Origin: Actinomycetales bacterium
Lineage (GTDB): Bacteria > Actinomycetota > Actinomycetes > S36-B12
Assembly (NCBI GenBank): GCA_018970765.1
Contig: JAGWVT010000005.1
Location: 28,867 to 52,866 of the forward strand
Length of the DNA: 24,000 nt
Direction of reading: 5' to 3'
Position numbers and translations under genes: made by a program. Below are positions 18,227-24,000 of the stretch, in pieces. The number at the start of each line of letters is the position of its first letter. The stretch's first letter is position 1. Below the pieces are notes generated by a model. That model saw only the letters and a program-made list of their open reading frames with translations, did not search any database and was not told the DNA's origin.

Positions 18227-19669
18227 TCATCCCAGTACCGCTTCCATGACGGCTCGTGCGATCGGTGCGGCTAGGCCATTACCGCTGATTTCGGGGGTCG
18301 GGGCTTCTTCGATTGCAACGGCAACCGCGACCTGTGGCGCCTGAGCTGGTGCAAACGCGATGAACCACGCAACCGAGGGTCGATCAGGTGCAGTCTGCGC
18401 AGTGCCGGTCTTGCCGGCAACTGCGATGCCGGGGATACGGCCGTTACCCCCAGTTCCCTGCTCCACCGCCTGCACCATCATGTCCGTCAACTGTCGCGCG
18501 TGATCGAAGGACATAGCAGTGGCGAACTCCTGCGGTTCGGTTGTCTGCAAGATGGCCAGGTCTGGGCCTCGGATCTCCTGAACCAGGTACGGAGCCATGG
18601 TTACCCCGCCATTTCCAATGGCTGCAGCAACCATGGCCATCTGCAGGGCGGTCGCCCGGACATCGAACTGCCCGATCGCGGTGAGCGCAGTCTGCGGAAC
18701 ATCTGGGTCCTCGGGAAACCGAGAGGTGGCTGCGCGAAGTGGAATCTGGAACCCACTATCGAATCCCATGAGGGACGCCTGGCGCCGAAGTGCATCAGCC
18801 CCAAGTTCCACCCCCAGCCACGCGAACGCAGTGTTACAACTAATTGCTAGGGCTTGACGCAGGGTGACTTTGCCTTTGGGTCCACATGCTTGCCCATTCC
18901 AATTACGCAGTTCGGTGGTGGTGCCGGGCAGGGTGTAGGTCTTCGGCCCCGGAAGGACTGAGTCAGGGGTGAACTTGCCGGAGGCTAGGGCAGCGGCTGC
19001 CGTGATCACCTTGAATGTCGATCCAGGTGGGTTCAGTGAGACGAGTGGTCGATTGAGCAGTGGCTCATCCGGATCAGCGGTGAGTTCCTCGTGATAGTCG
19101 CGGACCTGTTGCAGGTCATGGCTGGCTAATAGGTTCGGGTCAAACGATGGAGACTGGGCTGACGCGAGGATCCGGCCAGTCGCCGGCTCAATAGCGACCA
19201 CGGCACCCCGCAGACCTTGCAGACCTTCCACCGCTGCTTCCTGTGCATCCGCGTCGATGGTGGTGGTTACGGCACCACCACTGGGTTTGCGGCCGGCAAA
19301 CAACTGCTGCAGGCGGTCGACGATGAATAACGAGGACTGTCCAGTGAGGACACGATTCTCGGTTCGCTCCAGCCCCGTCGTTCCGTAGATCAACGACATG
19401 TAGCCGGTGATTGAGGCGTAGGCATCGCCGAGTGGATAGCGACGTTGGTACCGGAGCACGTCACCGGTCTCCACCGACCTAGCCACGGGTTCGGCACCAA
19501 CGAGGATCGGTCCACGTTCCCGGTCGTACTCCTCTAACAGCACTCGTTGGTTTCCTGGTCGATCGCGGTAGTCCTCGGCGAGGAAGACCTGAATGATCGT
19601 GACATTCGCGATGAGGACGACTAAACCAACACCGAGGAACAATGCGATGAGACGTATCTGACGATCCAT
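18227..19669 (-). CDS. pbpA: Class B penicillin-binding protein (PbpA-type transpeptidase)
   Basis: 480 aa; N-terminal TM, SLNPPGSTFKVITAAAAL (SXXK), SCNTAFAWL (SXN), VAGKTGTAQ (KTG). Start overlaps the rodA stop by 1 nt. Confidence 0.96.
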   Translation of the reverse strand: MDRQIRLIALFLGVGLVVLIANVTIIQVFLAEDYRDRPGNQRVLLEEYDRERGPILVGAEPVARSVETGDVLRYQRRYPLGDAYASITGYMSLIYGTTGLERTENRVLTGQSSLFIVDRLQQLFAGRKPSGGAVTTTIDADAQEAAVEGLQGLRGAVVAIEPATGRILASAQSPSFDPNLLASHDLQQVRDYHEELTADPDEPLLNRPLVSLNPPGSTFKVITAAAALASGKFTPDSVLPGPKTYTLPGTTTELRNWNGQACGPKGKVTLRQALAISCNTAFAWLGVELGADALRRQASLMGFDSGFQIPLRAATSRFPEDPDVPQTALTAIGQFDVRATALQMAMVAAAIGNGGVTMAPYLVQEIRGPDLAILQTTEPQEFATAMSFDHARQLTDMMVQAVEQGTGGNGRIPGIAVAGKTGTAQTAPDRPSVAWFIAFAPAQAPQVAVAVAIEEAPTPEISGNGLAAPIARAVMEAVLG

Positions 19670-21075
19670 CAGGGCCGGACCAGCGCTGTGGGCATGTCAC
19701 TGGTTGGTGGCAGCACAATCTGTGGCTGACGCGCCCGATCGGAGATTCGTAGCAGCAAAGCGATGATGATCCAGTTAGCGACCAGCGACGATCCGCCATA
19801 ACTCAAAAAGGGTGTCGTCAAGCCGGTTAGCGGGATCAAGCGAGAAATCCCACCGATGATCACGAAGATTTGTAGGGCCAAGGTGATGGAAAGTCCAGCG
19901 GCCAGCAGTTGGCCGTAGGGGTCCTTGATCGTGATTGCAGTGCGCAACCCTCGCTCAATAAGTAGTGCGTAGAGCAGGAGCAGGGCTATGACGCCGGTAA
20001 GTCCGAGTTCCTCTGCGAATCCAGTGACAATGAAGTCAGTACTCGCGAACGGAACGTAGGTCGGGAATCCCTGACCAAGGCCGGCGCCGAGTATCCCGCC
20101 GTTGGCAAAGCCGTAGAGCGACTGCACGAGTTGGTAGCCCGAGGTGTCTGCATAGGCCCATGGGTCGAGCCAGACAAGAACTCTGGATCGGACATGCGAG
20201 AAGAGCAGGAAAGCCAACGCACCACCGACAAGGAACAGACCCGTACCAATCACCAGCCAGGAGCGACGCTGCGTGGCGATGAAGAGCATGGCGACGAAGA
20301 GGCCGAAAAACAACACTGAGGTGCCCAAGTCACGCTCGAAAACCAAGACGGCCAGTGAGATGAGCCAGGCGATAACGATGGGCCCCAAGTCTCGTAGTCG
20401 TGGCAGGGGAACGCCCCAGCGCTTCGTTCGAATCACGGCCAGCGAATCTCGTTTCACCACGAGGTAGCCGGCGAAGAAACAGGTCAGGAAGATCTTGGCG
20501 AATTCTGCTGGCTGAAAGGAGAAATTGGCGATGCGAATCCACAGCGTGGCGCCGTTGACTGTGGTGCCGATGATTGGCACAAGCGGCAGGACGAGCAAGA
20601 GGAGTCCGACAAGTCCAAGTGTGTAGGTGTATCGCTGCAATCGACGATGGTCACGAAGCAGGATGAGCACAGCGGTGAAAAGGACGACAGCCACAGCGAA
20701 CCAGGTGAGTTGCGCATAGACGTCCGGAGTCGGAGCTGGTGCGGCATTGCGAGCTGCCCGCTGTGCGGCCGCGACGTCAATGCGATAGATCATCACCAGG
20801 CCCAGCACTGTCAGCATCACTGCAAGCGGAAGTAGGAGTTGATCTGCATTCGGTGCCCGCAGTAGCACGGTGACATGCATGCCGAGTGACAGCACGACCA
20901 CGGCGACAACAGTGATCCATAGCCGGGTTGGGGTGCCTTCCCCGGTTGCCCAGCCAATCTGCACGGTGCCGAATGCTCCTACTGCCCAGGCCAACACGAG
21001 GAGGCCCAATTCGACGGGTCGACGGAAGCTCATCACGCGGTGGGGCAACCGGCGGGAGGGTTTGGGCCTAGACAA
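19669..21075 (-). CDS. rodA: FtsW/RodA/SpoVE family SEDS glycosyltransferase
   Basis: 468 aa multi-TM; LFERDLGTSVLFFGLFVAMLF, WLDPWA..GYQLVQSLYGFANGGILGAGLGQG, DFIVTGFAEELG, GLTTPFLSYGGSSLVANW. Start ambiguous: TTG 21075 has an AGAAGG SD; ATG 21033 overlaps the pstP stop by 1 nt. Confidence 0.96.
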   Translation of the reverse strand: MSRPKPSRRLPHRVMSFRRPVELGLLVLAWAVGAFGTVQIGWATGEGTPTRLWITVVAVVVLSLGMHVTVLLRAPNADQLLLPLAVMLTVLGLVMIYRIDVAAAQRAARNAAPAPTPDVYAQLTWFAVAVVLFTAVLILLRDHRRLQRYTYTLGLVGLLLLVLPLVPIIGTTVNGATLWIRIANFSFQPAEFAKIFLTCFFAGYLVVKRDSLAVIRTKRWGVPLPRLRDLGPIVIAWLISLAVLVFERDLGTSVLFFGLFVAMLFIATQRRSWLVIGTGLFLVGGALAFLLFSHVRSRVLVWLDPWAYADTSGYQLVQSLYGFANGGILGAGLGQGFPTYVPFASTDFIVTGFAEELGLTGVIALLLLYALLIERGLRTAITIKDPYGQLLAAGLSITLALQIFVIIGGISRLIPLTGLTTPFLSYGGSSLVANWIIIALLLRISDRARQPQIVLPPTSDMPTALVRP

Positions 21076-22331
21076 TCGATGGCCTTCTGCCGCATCTGTT
21101 CAACGATGCGCTCGGCGTCCACCTGACTGTTCGCCGGGATGGTGCGAGTCAGTAATTCTTGGTCAAAGGCAGGCAGCGAGCCCAGCGGCACCGATGTCGT
21201 GGTGATGAGCGTGGTCAGGTGCAAACCCAACAACTCCTGGGGGACGCCCTGGTAGATCGCGACCACGGGCGTTGATTGGGATCCCTGCGTCGACATCACC
21301 GTTCCGACATACCACTGGGTGGTAGTCCAACTCCGCAAACCAAGAACCAATGCCGCAACCAGGCCGACGAGCACAGCCAACGTCACCCCAATCCAAAGGC
21401 CACGTCGCTGGTGATTGGCTGGTTGCGTACGACGGCGTGTACCGCGGCTTCCTGCGCCCAGCGGGAGCGGCTGCGTGGCTGTTCGACTCGCGTCCGGCTG
21501 CGCATCACGCGGAAAGGTGACCTGTGGGAGCCGGTGACGAACGCGAGCCTCACCAGCGGCGCCAACGACGACAGGTTCTTGATCTGTGGATAAGTCATCA
21601 AGGGCATCGACCAAATCAACAACATCGGCAACGACAACCGTGACGTTGTCCGGTGCACCGCGCTCCAATGCTTCATCAACCAGTTGCGTCACGCAGCCGG
21701 TTGCGTCACGTTGGGCCAAGATGAGTTGCAGTCGTTCGTCGGCAATAACACCAGTGAGTCCATCTGAACACAACAGGTAGCGATCACCAACCCGAGCTTC
21801 ACGCACCGACAGGTCGGCCTCGACGGGGGTGATGCCATCGAGTGCCCGTGTCAGTAGTGAGCGCCGGGGGTGCTTGGCCGCCTGTTCTTCGGTGAGTCGC
21901 CCGGCATCCACCAATGTTTGAACGTATGTGTGGTCATGGGTCAATTGAACGAGCGCACCGTCCCGCAGTAGATACGCTCGCGAATCGCCAACGTGGACCA
22001 CCGCGATTCGACCGCCCAGCCATGCCAGACCCGTCACCGTGGTGCCCATGCCAGCCAGTTCAGGTTCTGCGGCAACAACTGATCCGAGACTGACTCCCAC
22101 TCGATCGACTGCGTCAGCCAGCGCACCTAGGGCGTCCGCAGCGCTCGGTGGATTCTCATTCAGGCTCGATAGCGTCGCCACAGCGATGGCTGACGCGAGT
22201 TCACCGGCTGCGTGACCACCCATGCCATCGGCAACCAGCAGCATGCGGGGGCCGGCGTAGCCGGAGTCCTCGTTGCCGGCCCGAACGAGGCCAACATCCG
22301 ATCGCGCCGCGTAGCGCAAGGTGAGGGGCAT
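21033..22331 (-). CDS. pstP: PP2C-family serine/threonine phosphatase
   Basis: MPLTLRYAARSDVGLVRAGNEDSGYAG...LLVADGMGGHAAGELAS...GTTVTGL...HVGDSRAYLLRDG; C-terminal TM plus extracellular region. Start at ATG 22331 rather than the track's 22442, which would overlap fhaB. Confidence 0.96.
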   Translation of the reverse strand: MPLTLRYAARSDVGLVRAGNEDSGYAGPRMLLVADGMGGHAAGELASAIAVATLSSLNENPPSAADALGALADAVDRVGVSLGSVVAAEPELAGMGTTVTGLAWLGGRIAVVHVGDSRAYLLRDGALVQLTHDHTYVQTLVDAGRLTEEQAAKHPRRSLLTRALDGITPVEADLSVREARVGDRYLLCSDGLTGVIADERLQLILAQRDATGCVTQLVDEALERGAPDNVTVVVADVVDLVDALDDLSTDQEPVVVGAAGEARVRHRLPQVTFPRDAQPDASRTATQPLPLGAGSRGTRRRTQPANHQRRGLWIGVTLAVLVGLVAALVLGLRSWTTTQWYVGTVMSTQGSQSTPVVAIYQGVPQELLGLHLTTLITTTSVPLGSLPAFDQELLTRTIPANSQVDAERIVEQMRQKAIDCLGPNPPAGCPTA

Positions 22332-22341
22332 TGACAGGCCC

Positions 22342-22818
22342 TTACCTACGCGCCTGAATGGTGGTGCGTCCAACGCGCAGATTGCTACCCACATGCAGCA
22401 CGGCGGGCTCGGTGATGCGCGTACGTTCGATCCAGGTGCCATTGGTGGAGCCGAGGTCTTCCACGACCCAGTCCGTGTCGACGAGGCAGATGCGGGCGTG
22501 CCGACTTGAGGCGTAGTCGTCTTCGATCACCAATGTGGAGTCCGGGGCTCGGCCGATGGTGATCGCCGTGGTGCCCAAGGGCACCACAGTGCCGGCCAAC
22601 TCCCCTTCCGTGACGACCAACTTGCTCGGCTGGCGGCGCCCGGCCCGTGGCAGACGGCGCGAGCGACGATTCGGCCCTGGCACTACGACGGCACCAGTAC
22701 GCGCCGTCTGTGCAGGTTGGCGCAGGTCACGACTCAAGGCGATGACGGTGAACACGACGAAAGACCAGAGCAGTGCCAGGAAAGCAAGACGAACGACAGT
22801 GAGTGCGAGATCGGACAT
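22342..22818 (-). CDS. fhaB: FHA domain-containing protein FhaB/FipA-like
   Basis: 158 aa; N-terminal TM, FHA core TAITIGRAPDSTLVIEDDYASSRHARICLVDTDWVVEDLGSTNGTWIERTRI. Confidence 0.94.
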   Translation of the reverse strand: MSDLALTVVRLAFLALLWSFVVFTVIALSRDLRQPAQTARTGAVVVPGPNRRSRRLPRAGRRQPSKLVVTEGELAGTVVPLGTTAITIGRAPDSTLVIEDDYASSRHARICLVDTDWVVEDLGSTNGTWIERTRITEPAVLHVGSNLRVGRTTIQARR

Positions 22819-23499
22819 CTACTGATCCCGGTAAGTGAATTCTGTTGACCCAATGCGAATCGTGGTGCCGTCGACCAGTGGTAACTCAGCGACCTTACGG
22901 TCCGCAACATACGTGCCATTGGTGGAGTTCAGGTCCCGCAGTAACACCGCCTGCCCAAGCACAACTTCACAGTGGTGACGCGAGGCCGCCGGATCATCGA
23001 TGCGGATATCTGAATCCGTTGATCGACCAAGGCGCGTCACGGGCTGGAGTAGTGGGTACGAAACGTCGTCAATAACGAGCCGGGGTTGATTGGTGATGAC
23101 CGCGGGCTCACGGAGGCGTGACTGAACGTCGGCTCTGGCATCACTTCGTACTCGGAACAGGCCGGTTTCCAGTTCGTGATCCAACCCCAGGTGCACCTGT
23201 GGCGAGCCAATGAGCAGGTACCCCTGTTGATCCGCGTAGGCCTGGACATAGCCAGCCAGTTCAATGCAGACCTCGTCATTGAAGACCGCTAGTCGCTGGT
23301 AGTCATGGTCGGAGAGCTCAACGGTGAAGACGTTGGGAACGACTGTTCGGTCACGATCCACGACAGCGCAACGATCGTCCATTTCGCGCTGCAGCGCGGC
23401 GGCCAACTCAACGGGCTGGACCTCGGATTTGAAGGCACGCGCGAAGGCACCATTGACCAGCCGATCGAGGGAGTCCTCGAATCGCTCTAGCAGGCCCAC
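22819..23499 (-). CDS. fhaA: DUF3662 and FHA domain-containing protein FhaA
   Basis: 226 aa; MGLLERFEDSLDRLVNGAFARAFKSEVQPVELAAALQREMDD (DUF3662 N-terminus), FHA core LGRSTDSDIRIDDPAASRHHCEV..RDLNSTNGTYV; GTG start with GGAGG SD. Confidence 0.95.
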   Translation of the reverse strand: MGLLERFEDSLDRLVNGAFARAFKSEVQPVELAAALQREMDDRCAVVDRDRTVVPNVFTVELSDHDYQRLAVFNDEVCIELAGYVQAYADQQGYLLIGSPQVHLGLDHELETGLFRVRSDARADVQSRLREPAVITNQPRLVIDDVSYPLLQPVTRLGRSTDSDIRIDDPAASRHHCEVVLGQAVLLRDLNSTNGTYVADRKVAELPLVDGTTIRIGSTEFTYRDQ

Positions 23500-23610
23500 G
23501 TTGCCTCCGGTCCGCCACCAAGGGACACCGGCGTCCCGTGCTCGCGTATCAGATGCTAACCGGCAAGGTCTAGACTCCTAGGGCCCGAAGGTCAACACTG
23601 CGGGTAGCAG

Positions 23611-23697
23611 GCGCGAGTGGCGGAATAGGCAGACGCGCACGGTTCAGGTCCGTGTGCCCGTAAGGGCGTGGGGGTTCAACTCCCCCCTCGCGCACCA
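23611..23697 (+). tRNA. tRNA-Leu (anticodon CAG)
   Basis: Acceptor GCGCGAG/CTCGCGC, anticodon stem-loop CACGG-TTCAGGT-CCGTG, long variable arm TGCCCGTAAGGGCG, T-arm TGGGGG-TTCAACT-CCCCC, encoded CCA. Confidence 0.97.
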
Positions 23698-23703
23698 GCA
23701 TGA

Positions 23704-23739
23704 GCGGCCCTCGTCCCACGACGCGTGGGGCGGGGCCGC
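23704..23739. terminator. Strong interrupted hairpin directly after tRNA-Leu, probable terminator
   Basis: GCGGCCC-(TCGT)-CCCACG-ACG-CGTGGG-(GCG)-GGGCCGC: 7 + 6 bp perfect pairing, starting 7 nt after the tRNA 3' end. No U-tract. Confidence 0.6.
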
Positions 23740-23754
23740 GTCCTTGCTCAGGAA

Positions 23755-23777
23755 GACTGCGCCAAATTCGCGCAGTC
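23755..23777. terminator. Second hairpin between convergent tRNA-Leu and the 3' partial gene
   Basis: GACTGCGC-CAAATTC-GCGCAGTC, 8-bp perfect stem with 7-nt loop. Confidence 0.5.
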
Positions 23778-23843
23778 GTGCGGTCACCCGAGCCGCAGTC
23801 AGGTGAACCAGGGCGCCCTGATGACGGTGTACACGAGGATGGG

Positions 23844-24000
23844 TTACACGAGGAAGTTTGCGAACTGCCAGGGATCCTCGTCGTCGTACACCTTTCCGTT
23901 CCAGCCCTCGAATGGATCGAACCGGTGCTGAGTCGGAGTCCAGGAGACTGCCGTCGATCGCAGTTCACCCAGATACGGGTTCGCCACGCCAAGGACCTCG
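23844..24000 (-). CDS. C-terminal 51 aa of an unidentified protein, truncated by the window edge
   Basis: Reverse strand from the edge reads EVLGVANPYLGELRSTAVSWTPTQHRFDPFEGWNGKVYDDEDPWQFANFLV then TAA. The composition looks protein-like. Absent from the track because its start is outside the window. Confidence 0.55.
   Translation of the reverse strand, partial: EVLGVANPYLGELRSTAVSWTPTQHRFDPFEGWNGKVYDDEDPWQFANFLV

Noticed and set aside
23570-23992. 140 aa - strand ORF containing REGGVEPPRPYGHTDLNRARLPIPPLAP
   Set aside because: That peptide is the antisense translation of tRNA-Leu (23611-23697), a well-known spurious annotation pattern. The rest is low-complexity and overlaps the hairpins.
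1-24000. Search for CRISPR arrays, transposase/integrase genes, toxin-antitoxin or defence modules
   Set aside because: No spaced direct repeats, inverted terminal repeats or relevant protein motifs seen. Nearly all coding space is accounted for by conserved origin-cluster genes.

Overview
This window reads as the conserved chromosomal replication-origin neighbourhood of an actinobacterium. The left arm, on the - strand, is jag/khpB (partial), yidC, yidD, rnpA and rpmH. It is followed on the + strand by dnaA, a putative oriC with DnaA boxes, dnaN, recF, a DUF721/DciA-like gene, gyrB, gyrA, a DUF3566 gene, tRNA-Ile(GAT), a 41-codon DLW-39-like gene, tRNA-Ala(TGC), a cyclophilin, a rhomboid protease and a thiolase. 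A - strand crgA and a + strand pabA/trpG-like glutaminase come next, then the - strand pknB-pbpA-rodA-pstP-fhaB-fhaA cell-wall/division signalling cluster, tRNA-Leu(CAG), and the 3' end of an unidentified - strand gene. I see no CRISPR array, phage, transposon or defence system, and I do not think the window contains a new multi-gene system. The items most worth a second look are: a thiolase gene inserted between the rhomboid gene and crgA; a DnaA-box-like and hairpin cluster far from oriC, between the thiolase and crgA; two strong hairpins after tRNA-Leu; convergent pabA/pknB stop codons overlapping inside a 10-bp tandem repeat; absence of pknA and of the DUF881/sortase genes; compact FhaA and DUF3566 proteins; and two real CDSs missing from the supplied ORF track (DLW-39-like and the 3' partial gene).
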